64,000 nt of DNA from Camelus dromedarius (Eukaryota), in assembly GCF_036321535.1 (NCBI RefSeq), contig NC_087437.1:111168001-111232000 (forward strand), given 5' to 3'. Of the stretch, positions 50,396 through 63,960 are shown one piece after another. The notes beneath the pieces were generated by a model. That model was not told the origin of the DNA, made no database searches, and saw only the letters and a program-made list of their open reading frames with translations. Position 1 is the first letter of the stretch; each line of letters opens with the position of its first letter. The translations under genes were made by a program, and so were the position numbers.

Positions 50396-53300
50396 AGGAC
50401 TGGCCAAGATGGTGAAGTAGGAAGACCTTGAGCTTACTTCCTCCCACGACCGCACCAAGGTTACAGCTCTTTACAAGCCAATGCCTGGTGAGTAAAACCA
50501 GAAGCCTAGCACAAGAGATCTGCAGCTAAAGATATAAAGAAGGAGCCACAGTGAGACAGGTAGGAGGGGCAGAGACGTGGTATAGTAGTCAAGCCCCACA
50601 CTCTCTGGTAGGCGACCCACAGACAGGAGGATTACTACAACGGCAGAGGTTGTCCCTGAGGAGCGAGGGGTCTGAGCCCCACACTGGGGTCCCTGGTCTT
50701 AAAATCCTGCACTGGGAAGATGGGATCCCAGAATATTTGTCTTCGAAGGCCCATGGGGTTTACTTTCAGGAGAGCTAGAGGGCTGTGGGAAATAGAGACT
50801 TCACTCTTACAGGGTGCACACACAATCTTACACACCCTGGAACCCAGGGCAGAGCAGTCATCTGAAAGGAGCCTGGGTGGGACCCACCTGCTGATCTTGG
50901 AGTCTCCTGGAGAGGCAGGAGGCCACCAGAGCTCACTCGGGAGACAGAGACTGTGGCGGCAGCTATTCTGGGAGCTCATTCTACATGTGGGCACTGGTGC
51001 TGGCAAGCACCATTCTGAAATCATCCTTCTGGCTTTCGGACCCAGCCCCATCCACCAGCTTTTCTGCACCAGTAAGGGGAGGCCAACCTACTAGCCGGGC
51101 AGAGACACAACCCCACCCACCAGCAGGCCTGCTGACCTAAGACCCTCTGAGCCCACAGCTGCCTCAAGATGTGGCCCTGACCACCAGAGGCCCCACGACC
51201 TGGCTCCCAGGACCCCCAGGGTCCTGAAGCCAGAGACCTTAGGACCTGGCTCCATGCACCAATGAGCTGGCACCAGCCCTGGGATCCCCTGGGCCCTGAT
51301 CCTGTCTACCTGCAGGCTGATACCAGCACTGAGACACCTTGGATCCCTCCACCAGCTGCCCGGGATCCAGCCCTACTCACCAAAAAAGCCGACACCAGCT
51401 TTGGGACATCCCAGACCCCACAGCCAGCTATGTCAGGAACTGGCCCCACTCTCCAGCAGGCCTATACTGCTGGATCTGAGCTCCCTGGCCTCACAACCAC
51501 CCACCCCAGAACTCAGCTCTGCCCGTCATTGGGCCAGCACCAGCCCTGGGACCTCTGGGGCCCTGCAGCCAGCAGCTTTGTGACTTGGCCTCATCAACCA
51601 GCCTCTGCACAAGGCAGGACCTGGCAACCAACCAGACTGAGGGCCAGCCGTACCTACAAGATCACCCACAGTAGTCAGCCTGCTATAACAGAAGGACCCA
51701 TGCAGCCCACATAGGGGGCACCTCTAGAGCATACATCGATCAGAGGGGAGTGCACTATTGGGATGCATAGGGCATCCTACAAAAGGCCACTTATCCAGGG
51801 TCAGGAAACATCACCCACCTGTGAGATACATAGAAATAAAAACAGCAAAATAGGCAAAATGAGGTGACTGAGGTACATAGTCTAAACAAAGGAACAAGGT
51901 AAACCCCAAAAGAAGAACTAAGTGAAGTGGACACAGGCAGTCTACCCAAAAGAGACTTCAAGGTAATGATCAGAAAGATGCTCAAAGAGCTCAAGAGAAG
52001 GAGGAATGAACAGAGTGAGAAGTTAGAAGTTTTAACAAAGGGGTAGAAAATCTAAAGAAGAACTAAACAGAGATGAAGAACACAACAACTGAAATGAAAA
52101 ATGCACTGGAAGGAATCAACAGGAGACTAAATGATACAGAGGAATGGGTCAGTGAGCTGGAAGAGTGGTGGAAATCACTGCTGCTGAACAGAAAAAAAAA
52201 AAGGAAAAAGAATAAAAAGAAATGAGGGCAGTTTAAGAGACCTTTGGGACAACATGAAGTGTACTAACATATTATAGGGGTTCCAGAAGAAGAGAGAGAG
52301 AAAGGGGCAGAGAACATTTTTGAGGCCATAATAGCTGAGAACTTCCCTAACCTGGGAAAGGAAGAGACATCCAGGTCCAGGAAGCACAGAGAGTCCCAAA
52401 CAGGATGAACCCAAAGAGGAACACACCAAGACACATTGTAATTAAAATGGCAACAATTAAAGATAAAGAGAGAATATTAAAAGCAGAAAGGGGAAAGCAA
52501 CAAGTAACATACAAGGAAACCCCCAAGATGCTGTCAGCTGACTTTTCAGCAGAAATTGTCCAGGCCAGAGGGGAGTGGCATGATATATTTAAAGAGATAA
52601 AAGGGAAAAAGCCTACAACCAAGAATGCTCTCCCCAACAAGGCTCTCCTTCAGATTTGATGGAAAGATCAAAAGCTTTACAGACAAGAGCTAAGCGTTCA
52701 GCATCGCCAAACCTGCTTTACCAGAAATGTTAAAGGGACTTCTCTAAGCATAAAAGAAAAGACATAACTAGAAACATGAAAATTACAGAAGGAAAAAGCT
52801 CATTGGTAAAGTCAAGCATACAATAAAGGTAGTAAATCAGACACGTATAAAGCTAGTACGAAGGTTAAAAGACAAAAGCAGTAAAATCATCTATAGCCAT
52901 GAGAAGCAGTTAAGGGACACATAAAACCGAAAGATGTAAAATATGACGTCAAAACCAGTAAACATTGGATGGTGGGGTGAGTGAAAATGCATGACCATTG
53001 AGTCTGAACTTAAGAGAACAGCAACTTCAAATAATCACACATGAATGGATAGCTAGCTAGCTAGATAAATACATAGACAGAGAGATACAGATATAGGTGT
53101 ATATACTACCATGTTTAGTGTGGGAAATATAGTCAATATCTATGTAGTATCTGTGTAGTGGCATAACCAAGCTTATCATGGTGATCATTTTGATATGTAC
53201 AGAAATACCAAAATCACTCTGCTGTGTAACAGGAACCAACATCATGTTATAGGTCAATTATACTTCAAAACAAACAAACTCAGAGAAAAAGAGATCAGAT

Positions 53301-53649
53301 TTGTGGTTTCCAGAGGTGGGGGGTGGGGAGGGGGAAATGAATGAAGGCAGTCAAAAGGTACAAACTTCCAGTTATAAGATAAATAAGCCCTCGAGCTGTC
53401 ACACTCAACATGGTAAATATAATAAGCACTGCTGTATGTTATATATGAAAGTTGTTAAGAGAATAAATGCTGAATTCTCATCATAAGGAATTTTTTCCTA
53501 TTTCTTTCATTTTACATCTATATGAGGTGATGGATGTTCACTAAACTATTGTCATAATCATTTCATAATTAAGTCAAATCATTATGCTGTACACCTTAGA
53601 CTTTTACAGTGAAGTATGTCAGTTATATCTCAATAAAATTGGAAGAAAA
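50396..53649 (+). mobile_element. ORF1-only L1 (HAL1-like): 5' UTR + decayed ORF1 + 3' UTR, no ORF2
   Basis: L1-type 5' end (ccaagatgg...). ORF1p homology at ~51859-52747 (NPKRNTPRHIVIKMATIKDKERILKA...LSADFSAE). L1 3'-UTR sequence at ~53110-53649 ends tatctcaataaaa. Possible degenerate TSD taaaattccaagaag / taaatcccgggaag. Confidence 0.75.
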
Positions 53650-54619
53650 TAAATCCCGGGAAGCCCAGAAATGTATTGACAGCATAAGAAAATCAAAACA
53701 GAAATACTCCACTATCTCCACTCAGGAATGATACCTCCTCACATTTTTTTCTTCCTGACTATTAAATACGAAAAGAAAAAAAAAAAAAAAAAGCCCAGCG
53801 GTTTCTCAGTATATTTCCACCAAGTTGTTTTCACCTTGCTGCCTGGGTTTTTCTTCCTTGGTGGTCGTCAGCATTCTCTTGGAAGTGAGGACACACCATT
53901 GGTCCTTCACCAAACTTTGTTTTTCTGCCTGTTTTCTTTTGCACAGTGTACCACATCACTAACAAGGCTATAATTTTGACTTTAATTAAGGTAGACCTCA
54001 TTGAAATCTTTTATTACAGTTTTAGTACAAGTCTGGACTCTGAATTTGCTGTTGTGTGTTTAGATTTGTTTGTATAAGCTAAAATGTGCATATTCTTAGA
54101 TTCTCTTTGGGGATTGCTTTGTATTTTAAGTTTTATGCTTTTGATCTAAAAATAGCATTTAGCCTTTGCATTTCTTTTACTTTTCATGCCCATCTTGACA
54201 TTGGAGGATGCACTTTTCTTTACCATTATAGTCTCATCTCCCTGTTAAAGGCTAGCACCTCCCTCTTGCTTGGGCATGGTATAGAGGCCTTGGTCTCTTG
54301 GTCCAACCTCCCCTCCTGGCCAGGAGACCAATAGCTAGGGTTAAGTCACAACATAATACAACTGGTGGAGTGCTGGTGTGCATAAGGGAGCAACACAACC
54401 ATTTGCTGGAGGAGCTGCAGGACCCAGCCAACATGTACTGGCAGAAGTCCAAAAAGAACAGAAGGAACTGGCTTCTCAGGTACTGGATGAAGGGAAGTGG
54501 AACATACAGTTGGATAAAGGACAGCGTGTCAATTTAGGAGTACTCTCCTGAGATATAGGATCTAACAAGCTGGGCAAATATATGTATAATTATATGCATA
54601 TAATAAATAAATATATGTA

Positions 54620-55830
54620 TTTGGACCTGACAGACAATAAAAGAATAAAAATAGACAAATGGGATCACATCAAACTGAAAAGCTGCACAGCAAAAGAAAC
54701 CATCAACAAAATGAAAAGGCAACCTACAGAATGGGAGAAAATATTTGCAAACCACATATCTGATAAAGGATTAATATCCAAAATCTATAAGGAAATCATG
54801 CAACTCAAGAGCACACACACACAAAAATACCCTGATAACCCTACTAAAAAATGGGCAAAGGACCTAAATAGACATTTCTCAAAAGAAGATATACAAATGG
54901 GCAACAGATACATAACAAGGTGCTCATCTTCACTAATCATCAGGGAAATGCAAATCAAAACCACAATGAGGTATCACCGCATATCTGTTAGGATGGCTAT
55001 TGTCACAAAGACAAAAGATAACAAATGTTGGTGAGGATGTGGAGAAAAGGGAACGCTTGTGCGCTGTTGGTAAGAATGTAAATTAGTGCAGTCACTATGG
55101 AAAACAGTATGGAGGTTTCTCAAAAAACTTAAAATAGAACTACCATATAACCCAGCAATTCCACTTATGAGTATATATCTAAGGGAAATGAAATCAGTAT
55201 CTTGAAGAGATATCTGTACTCCCATGTTTATGTCAGCAGTATTCACCATAGTTAAGATATGGAAATAACCTAAATGTCCATGGATGAATAGATAAAGAAA
55301 ATGTGGTGTATGCATACAGTGGAATATTATTCAGCCACGAACAAGAAGGAAATACAGCCATTTGAGAAAACATGGATGAACCTGAAAGAAATTATGCTAA
55401 GTGAAATAAGCCAAACACAGAAAGACAGATACTGAATGTTCTCACTTATATGCGGAATCTTAAATTGTCAAACTCATAGAAATGGAAAGTAGAATGGGAC
55501 TGGGAGGAGGGGAGTATGGGGAGATACTGGTCAACAGGTACAAAGTCATACAAGATAAATAAGTTCTGGAGAGTTAATGTACAATAATGTGACTATAGTT
55601 AACAATATTGCATTGGATGCTTCAAATTTGCTAAAAGAGTACATCTTCAGTGTATTCAAACCACATATATGAAAAAAGGTAACCCTGTGAGGATATGTTA
55701 ATTAACTTGATTATGAAGAATATTTCACATGTGTGTGTGTATAGCTATATCTATATCTGTGTCTCAAACCATCCAGTTGTATCCCTTAAATATACACAAT
55801 TCAAAATTGTCAATTAAAACTCAATAAATT
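54620..55830 (+). mobile_element. 5'-truncated L1 (ORF2 C-terminus + 3' UTR)
   Basis: ORF 54582-55034 contains [47 protein letters not shown], typical of L1 ORF2p, followed by 3' UTR. Confidence 0.92.
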
Positions 55831-56044
55831 CAGGAAAGCAGAATAATTGAGGCTCCTGCCTTGCCTTCTCTTACAGATTACTGCATTGGGGGGAAGCCAA
55901 CTGCCTTGCCATGAGGATGTTCGAACCACCACTTGGAGAAGTTCATGTGTCAAGGAACTGAGGCCTCCTGCCAACAGCCAGAATGAACTTCCCATCCTTG
56001 CATCTTGGAACTGTATCATCCATATTTCCAGTCATGCCTTCGGG

Positions 56045-56610
56045 GATGGAACATGAGGAGGGCCTGAGGGCCCAAGCAAGCTACTGAAGCAGGTAGCTCA
56101 GACCTCCATAACCTGCATCCTTGTTGCACCAGCAACTCTCTATCAGCTCGTATATATGACCACATTTGGAAGGGGGATCCCTGATGACATACTTATGGAA
56201 GAGGCCAATGCACGAGCTTTGTTCTTGCTTGGTGTGTGTGGGTACAAGCCCAAAATACACAGTAACTGCACTACAGCTGCCCCCAGAATTGGCCTTGAAG
56301 ACAACAGGGAGGGGAGTTCCTTCCAATGGGTGGAGTTTCAGTGCAACTGGTCACCTACTGGTCCAGATGAAGAATATATACCATCAATCTTTCTATTATC
56401 TATACACACAGATTCATCGGCAGTAACAAATGGCTTGTCAGTTGACCAGGGACCTGGAAGGAGAAACATAGGAAGATCATCGTTAAGGAGGTCTGAGGTG
56501 GAGGCATGTGGATGGTCCTACGATGGTAGGCACAAAGCATGATGCTTATACCCATGTCAATATCCCCCAGAAAGCCTCTACCTCAGAAGGAAGAGGCTCT
56601 AAATGACCAC
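56045..56610 (+). mobile_element. Decayed ERVL internal (RNase H-like) fragment; probable gag-like piece at ~54320-54560
   Basis: ORF 56156 contains IHTDSSAVTNGL, similar to ERVL IYTDSWAVANGL. Confidence 0.55.
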
Positions 56611-56950
56611 ATCTTTTCAACCCTTCACCTTCCATTTTATTTTAAATTCATTGTTTTCCAATGTATGTCCCACACACTTTCGACTTTGACTTAAGATGAC
56701 AATAACCAAGGTAGCTTTTATATTTGTAGCACATTCATATATATTTGCCTCATTTTATCCAGGCAACAGTCCAGGGAACTAGGAAGTACTGAAAGGAGTT
56801 AATCCCTTTACAGATGGAGAAAACTGATGTTCAGAGATGATAAATGCCCTGCTCAGGGTCACCAGGCCAGCTGGTGAGGGAGGTTCTGGGTTTCCAGACT
56901 GGTTCTTTGGGCTTCCTGGCAGGCTGTGAGGGAAAGCAGAGGGGAGTCAA

Positions 56951-56964
56951 CCAGCAGGGGGCGC
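56951..56964 (+). promoter_or_regulatory. Candidate CTCF site
   Basis: CCAGCAGGGGGCGC matches the CTCF core CCASYAGRKGGCRS, with the CpG retained. Confidence 0.5.
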
Positions 56965-59120
56965 CTGACTCTCGTTGTCTGGGTCTGGCCACTGCCATCC
57001 TGAGCAGGCTTCTGCAGTCACTCACTGTCTGAGTGCCAGACCCATGACTGGTGAGTGGGCTCAGTTCCAGAATGCCCTTCCTTTTGCTGACCCTCCACCC
57101 ACTGGTCACATTTTAGAGTTGTCCCACTGTGTGCTCAGTCTCCAGGTGCCACTGCAGACCCAATGATCCTGCTCGGTTCTGCCCAGTCCGCAGCCAGAAA
57201 TGGACAGTCATTAGCACCCATATATGGAGGCCATCAGTTTCCAGCCTGAGTGCTAATAACCACCTTTTCCTTCCTGCCAGAGTACAAATGTGTGTCTTGT
57301 TCTAGAGGTTTATCTTTGTGGCATGAATATTGATTTTTTTTCCCAATCTGTCTTTATGAGGCATGCTTTCCTCAGCAGAACTCACTTTTGCTGGGTTTCT
57401 TTTTTCTGCTTTCTCATGTATTATGGTCCCCTCTTTGGCAGTGGGAGAACCTGTAAATTACAAATTCACTCAATCACAACACATTTGTATTGCATCCTTC
57501 CTAGGGGGCATGCACCACACAGAGAGCACTGAACAAAAATCCCAGCCCTCATGGAGCCTCCATTCTAAGGAGGGAGACAGACAGGAAACAACATAAATAA
57601 GGAAACTATAGGGTTTGTCATGTGGTGTTCAGTGCCAGGAAGGAAAATCAAGCAGAGAAGGAAAAGAGGGAGTCCCGGAGGTGGGAGTCTGGGGGAAGTC
57701 TGCCTTGTAAACGAAGTGGTCAGACATAGTCTCACAGAAGGGGTGGCATTTAAGTCAAGACCCAAAGATGGTGAGGGGGCCAGCTCATGCTGGAGTGAGC
57801 TGGGCATGTGTGGGAGCAGCACGCAGGCCAGTGTGGCTGTGGCAGAGTGAACAGGGGGAGGTGAGTTCAGAGAAGTAAAAGGATGGGGAAGGGGTGTAGG
57901 TCACAGAGCGGGAGGGGCCTCAGGGGCCGTGGGGATGGTGCTGGGGTGGACCGCCAATAAGAAATGCATGCAAGGAGAAACGGTCCGGAGGAGTATGTGT
58001 GACGCCCTCTCACTATATAGTATTTTAACTTCCATTCCTCCTCAGTAGCCTCTATCTGGGATTTGAAAGAAGGGCCCAAACCCCAAGGAGTGGCCTCCTA
58101 AAGCCCCAGGTTCCCCTGTGGCTGTGAGGTGGGGGATAGATTTTTCTTACAAAACAGCCGTGGCATCCGACTCTTGGGGACTGATGGAGGTACAACCATG
58201 ATAGAGTTGGACTCTCCCAGAGGCAGCCATCAGGATCTTGTCTGAAGAATGCCCCTTTCTCTTCCTGATATCAGCTGGGTGCTGCTGGGAAGCCGTCCTG
58301 GGAGGGCAGACTTGGTATCACCAGCCACTTTCTACGCACGAGCAGACCAGGAGTTGAGATGAGGTTCTTTGGGTGCTGCTGAGCTCCTGCAATATGCCTG
58401 CCGTGCACAGGGGTTGCGATACAGACAACGTCCCTGGCTGCGTGCACAGAGTTTTGAGGGAGAGAGAGACAATAAACACATACACAAACCAATGTGCACT
58501 CTTCTGTCAGCTACTGACGAATGGCTTGAGGAAATACTGAGCGGAGTGTGGGTTAAAGATGGCAATTAAGGGACCTGGGGAGGTCTCCCCGCCTCTCTGA
58601 TCCAGAGAGCAGAGCCCTGAATGAATGGAGAAACAGACCATATGCAGATTGAGAAGTTTGTTGTGGGCAAAGGGAAGAGCAAGGGCAAAAGCCCTGAGGG
58701 TGGCTTGTAGGAAGAGCGAGAGGGAGGTGCAGCTAGTCAGTCTCAGGAGGTCGGATGCTGAAGAGGGAGGCAGGGGCTGTGCAACAAGGCACATGGGGTA
58801 TCTCTTCTGTGATGGGGTTCTCTTGGATAGTTTGGGGAAGGGAAGTGATGTTGTGATCAGATTTCCATTTTTAAGAGATAGTTTGGGCTCTAGTGAGGCA
58901 TCAAGGGTTACCAGTTAGGAGGAGAGAGATGATGGGGGCTTGAAGAGGGTGACAGAGGTGAAGGGGGATGAGCAGTGGTCACATATGCGTGTGTTGTGAA
59001 AGCAGAACCCATAGCATTTGCTGAGGGATTGGATGTGAGACTCAGGAAGAAGAGGCAGCAAAGGATGACTCAGATTTTGGGGTGAATTTGGGTGAAGCCC
59101 TAGGATTGGAGTGGGGAGGG

Positions 59121-59153
<33 letters not shown>

Positions 59154-59162
59154 TTTGTGTGT
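59121..59162. repeat. (TG)n microsatellite
   Basis: Directly visible; similar tracts at ~36977-37002 and, as (CA)n, at ~41546-41576. Confidence 0.9.
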
Positions 59163-62100
59163 TGAGCCCAGGTGAAGTCTGAGACCCTTTGAGACCGCCT
59201 GGTGGAGAAGAAGAGTGCTGGTCACAGGACTCTGGATTCAGGGAAGTGATCCAACCTGGAGAAAATGTTTGGTTTCCTCCATAATAAGGACGGTTGTGTT
59301 TGTGGAATCCTGGGGCATTCCTGAGTGACTGCTCCCAGTGTTTTGATGATGATGGTATTGACTGAAGGAATGAGAGCTCAAATTCACCATAAGCTTATAA
59401 GTGCCAGGTACTGGGCTGAAAGCTTTCTGTGCATAATCTCATTTAATCCTCACACTTCCTTAATATCACAGTTTTACAGATGAAGGAGACCCAGGCACAG
59501 AGAGGTGATGAGTCACGATTCATTTTTAGAGAAGAACTTCACTGCAGGGTGTTGCAGGCTGCCTGCTTGCCAGTACCAGGCTCCGCTGTCTCCAACACCC
59601 CAGTCTGTGGTGGAAAGACCCTGCCTTCCTCAGCCTTTGCACCATGAACATTCAACAGCTGGGCGCTGTGCAAAGAGTAACGGTGGACCAGAACTCTGGG
59701 GGCATGAGTTCAAGTCCTGCCTCTATGATTTATTGGAAGCTTTGTTTGGAGGAGAATTAACATACAGAGTTCACAGAATGTCTTCCAGGCAGTTTATGCC
59801 TGCCGGCTGTCTTTGCTCTGCTATCCGTTCCTTCTCCAGTAACCAGCCAGCTTCTGCCAGCCTAACCCCTCTAGCCAACTTTCATTTCCTGGCTGTGCCA
59901 GCCTGATTACTTCTAATTGTCTTTGACTGCTTCCAGCTGGGTCTCCTAGCTGGCGTTCTGTGGGAGCACAGAGACAGTCTCCCAGCCATACGGAGGAAGG
60001 AGATGGGGAAGGAGACAGGGAGGAAGGAAGCAGCCGGTATGAGTCAACTGAGAAAGCTTTTCATGGCTTTCCAGCCCATTGCAATTTGGTGATTTTTTTT
60101 TTAAAGGGTTAACTCACCCAAGTTAGAGAGTGGCCCATCTTTGACGAGACAAACAGTTATATTTGTTGACCCCCAAGGGTAACCAACTATGTGACTGCAA
60201 ATGCTTTTAGAAAGTTATTTGAAATATCTTTCCCCAGGACAGATGGGGTCTGGCTGTCTGGAACAATGAAGCTCCACTCACTCGAGAATCAGTGAAAGAT
60301 AACTTTCATTCATTTATTTGACAAATATATATTGAAAGATGATTATGTCTCAGGCACTGTCCTACGTGCTCTAGAGCAAATCGAATATGAAATAAGGCAG
60401 CTCCAGTTCTCAATGAGTCTAAAAGAGAAGGACTTTCACAGGAAGTAATATTGGACTTAAGGAGAGTAAGTGATATATAGTAAGAGAGAATGGAGGTGTG
60501 ACCCGTCTCTTCTAGTTCATTGATTATGGAGGGCTTCATGGGAAAGGGAACCTCTGTGCTAGGTAGAGATGGGTCAGAGGCAGCAGACTCGGGGTGGGGG
60601 TGGCAGATGCAAAGGTGCAGAGGTGAGGAAGTCAATCCCAGATGAAGACAGCTGAAGTGTAGTGCTCAGGGAGATGCCCCAGGAGTGGGATTGAGTTTGG
60701 GACAATTGGTAGAAAATCAGTGCTGGACCACTGTCTTTCAACCAGATGTTTTCTGCACATCTATCTAATATGCGGGCAGTACAATGTTTTGTGTCCTAAT
60801 CTGTCTTACATAAAGGAATTTCTGGGGTTATTCCTTATTAAACAGGGCCGTTTCAGGGAACAGGACCTGTGGTTCAAAAACCAGTTACTAAGCCCAGGCA
60901 GAGTAGGATTTGGACTTCTCTTTGGCATCCATCCCAGCTGATGGAATTAGCAGTGAACTTGAATCAAACCCAGGCATCAGGCTTGAAAAAGAATTAATGG
61001 GCCTGGATTTTCTCTCTTCTTCACCTCTTTCCTGACCTCCACCCTGAGAGCATAATTAAAAGGAAAGAAAATCTCTTTCATTGTAAGTCTTCCACCATTT
61101 TTGAAGTAAGCTAACTTTTTTTTGGCCATAAAGATCCTTTGATGAACTGTCTCTGACATTTATTTGCCTTTACTATAATAAAGTAATTTCTAAATTTTCA
61201 TCTAGAGCTAATTGTCCTAAAATTGAAAGAAATTCATACTTTATTAATACATACGCTATTAATTTGCAAAACTCTAAAACCTTTTTTGAAAGAAGATTCC
61301 GAATGGTTTTGATCTCAGTGTGAGCTTCTCATCCCTTAGATGTTTGCTGAGCGTTCACTCTGCAGGCACTATGCTATTCCGACAGCTCCCTTCTCCCTCC
61401 ATGTTATTGTCCTAAAATCTGATGATTGAATAGGAGACATTATAGCAATTAGATTGGCCTTGCAGAAATGATAGGGGTGGAGTGGCCGCGAAGAAGCTCC
61501 TTAAGCACAAGAAAAACATCTGAAAGTGTATTTTTAATACTGGCAGAAGGGAACAATGAGAAGACTGATGGAAAAAACACGCTCAGTCAGAACACGTGAG
61601 TAGTTGATCATAGCATATTAGATCTACTTAAAACAGGCATTTGTCTGGGTCACTTTTCAGATGGGTCAGGAAGCCCCCAAGACATTGGATTATTGACAGC
61701 TGTACCCCCTCCCAGTCCCGCCCCAATCTACGAGCATTTACGTGGATTGTGCCATAATTGTTTACCTAGGAAAGAAAGGAACTTGTTTAGGACCGAATCC
61801 TCCCTTTCAACTCTGCTGTGGTAATATCAGGGGTTAAGTGTGCATTAAACGCTGGCGCCTTTTATCTGGCTGTTCAACAGGTAGCATTTTGTAAATGCCT
61901 CCCACTACCTTCTTCCTCCCCCCGCTTCTCCCTCACGAGTCTTCATTTTTGGTTTGAGAAGACACTGGGGATCCCGTAGAAGATCAGAGTCGTCAGGGCA
62001 GCTGCACTTGTTTACGAGGGATGAGCAGAGTCAGGGCGCGCACAGAACAAAAGCCTCCAGGAGCAGGGAGCGCTGGTCCACCTCCTCCTGCAATCGCCCG

Positions 62101-62399
62101 CATCATTTCAATGGAAAGCAGAAAAGGTGTAAACGTACAAGCAGCGACAGCAAGCGCCCTGGTTCCTACGTTACCGCTGCTACTATTATTGTTGCGGCTG
62201 CTCCTCCTCCAACATAGTGCTCCCGTCTGGTGTGAGCCCGGGCAGACGCCCCGCCACCTCTCCACCCTTTCTTCCATCCATCCTATTTTCCACCCATCCA
62301 GGGTCCAGCGGGCCCTACTGTGTGCAAGGCCCTGGGCTGTACACCCACAGGGCACCTAACCGACAGTCCACCAGGTCCGAGAGCGCCTCCCTCCCTTCC

Positions 62400-63960
62400 T
62401 CCTGCCCTGGTGGGTGCGGCCAGTGGTGGGGGATTTCATCGCGGAAAGGACCAGAAAGCACAAGCCCAGAATCCGGGCAAGAGGCGCAGCAGGAGGCGGC
62501 CCGACTTGGGCGGCCCGGGAGCGCGCGTCTCAGCGGCCGCGCGGGGTCTCCCCGTCTGGCGCTCAGGTGGCTCCGCCGCCCACTCGCCGCTCCCCTCCCC
62601 GGGCCCTCCCCTCTCCGGCGAGGGTCGAGTTTGGCTGTTGCGCTCGGAGAAGGAGGGGCTACGAGGGATTTGAAAGTGCACAGGCTGCGGAGTGGAGCTC
62701 GCATCTGTTCCCGCCGCCCGCGACCGGATTAAATTTCTGCAAATTCAAACTGAATGGGGCTTTCTTCTGCTGCCTTCCAGAGGGCGCCTGCAGCCCGCCG
62801 CGCGCTCCTCTCGGGCGGGAGCGGCCGCCTGGCGCGCAGCTAGGAGCCAGCGAGCCGGACCCGAGCCCGTGCGGGCCAGCCGGCGGCGGCGAGGGCGGAG
62901 GCTGCGGAGGCGCCTGGGCTCGGGCACCAGGCACTCCGGCCCCGGGACCCGGCACCGGACCGCGCCCCCCGCCGCCCCTCCGGGACCAGCGCGCCCTCTG
63001 CACACCCGAGCAGGGCGACTGTCACTAGCCGCCCGGACGGGACCCGGAGTGGGGTCTCTAGGTCCCGAAAGGGGCCCGGGTGACCCTCCGAAGAACTTCT
63101 TGGGGGCGGGTCCCTGGGACCCCGTGGCCCAGGCGGCCGCTATTGTCTGCGCGCAGCGCTCGGCGGCGGCTCGGGGCGCGGGAGCCGCGGGCCGGGCGGG
63201 GCCGAGCCCGGGGCGGCGGCAGGAGGAGCCGGGGGAGCCGGGGAGCCAGACTAGGAGGAGTAGCCGCGAGCGCGGGAGGCGAGCCGGAGCGGCGCGGGCC
63301 GCGGGCTAGCGCGATGCCGGCGGCGGCGGGGGACGGGCTCCTGGGCGAGCCGGCGGCGCCGGGGGGCGGCTGCGGCTCTGAGGACGCGGCCAGGCCGGCG
63401 GCAGCCTGCGAGGGAAGTTTCCTGCCGGCCTGGGTGAGCGGCGTGCCCCGCGAGCGGCTCCGCGACTTCCAGCACCACAAGCGCGTGGGCAACTACCTCA
63501 TCGGCAGCAGGAAGCTGGGCGAGGGCTCCTTCGCCAAGGTGCGCGAGGGGCTGCACGTGCTGACCGGAGAGAAGGTGAGCCGCCCGGGGCGCCGGCCCCT
63601 GGCCCTCGGACTGGGCATTCGGGGCGGGAGGGGCAGCGGGACCCTCTGTGGAGAGAAACGCGCTGCGAGTCCGGCTGCGGAGCCCGGGCCGGGCGCCTGC
63701 CTCTCCGCTTGCCTTTGCTCGCGGGTTGAAAGAGCGGTCGAGCCAAACGCGCGCGCAGGCCCTCGCAGCCCTCCCCGAGGGGTGATCTGGGGTCGCTCTC
63801 CCCGGTGGGCGGCTGGTTTACCCGCGAAGCCGCCCGCAGCCTTTTTGCTCCTCGAAAGGCGCCGCCTGGCGGACAGCGGCGCGGGGGGTAGGGTAGGGGG
63901 ACGCCGCGCTCGGGGCCGGTAGGGGCTGTAGATCAGCGCGGAGGCGGGAACCAGGGCTGG
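62400..63960. promoter_or_regulatory. HUNK: CpG island / HUNK promoter, 5' UTR and start of intron 1
   Basis: Abrupt switch to very GC- and CpG-dense sequence with GC boxes, surrounding the HUNK start codon; edges approximate. Confidence 0.9.
63314..63574 (+). CDS. HUNK: HUNK (hormonally up-regulated Neu-associated kinase) coding exon 1, 87 codons; the gene continues beyond the window
   Basis: Translation MPAAAGDGLLGEPAAPGGGCGSEDAARPAAACEGSFLPAWVSGVPRERLRDFQHHKRVGNYLIGSRKLGEGSFAKVREGLHVLTGEK matches the HUNK N-terminus, including the kinase Gly-rich loop GEGSFAKV. ATG context is gcgATG, and a phase-0 donor AAG|GTGAGC follows at 63575. Confidence 0.97.

Noticed and set aside
54582..55034. 150-aa ORF as a host gene
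   Set aside because: It is an L1 ORF2p C-terminal fragment.
61954..63309. Many overlapping 80-205-aa ORFs on both strands
   Set aside because: Expected in a CpG island; the translations are low-complexity Arg/Gly/Pro/Ala with no recognisable domain.
63080..63922. 280-aa ORF spanning HUNK exon 1
   Set aside because: Only 63314-63574 is HUNK. The upstream part is GC-rich UTR/promoter with few stops by composition, and the downstream part reads through the splice donor into intron 1.
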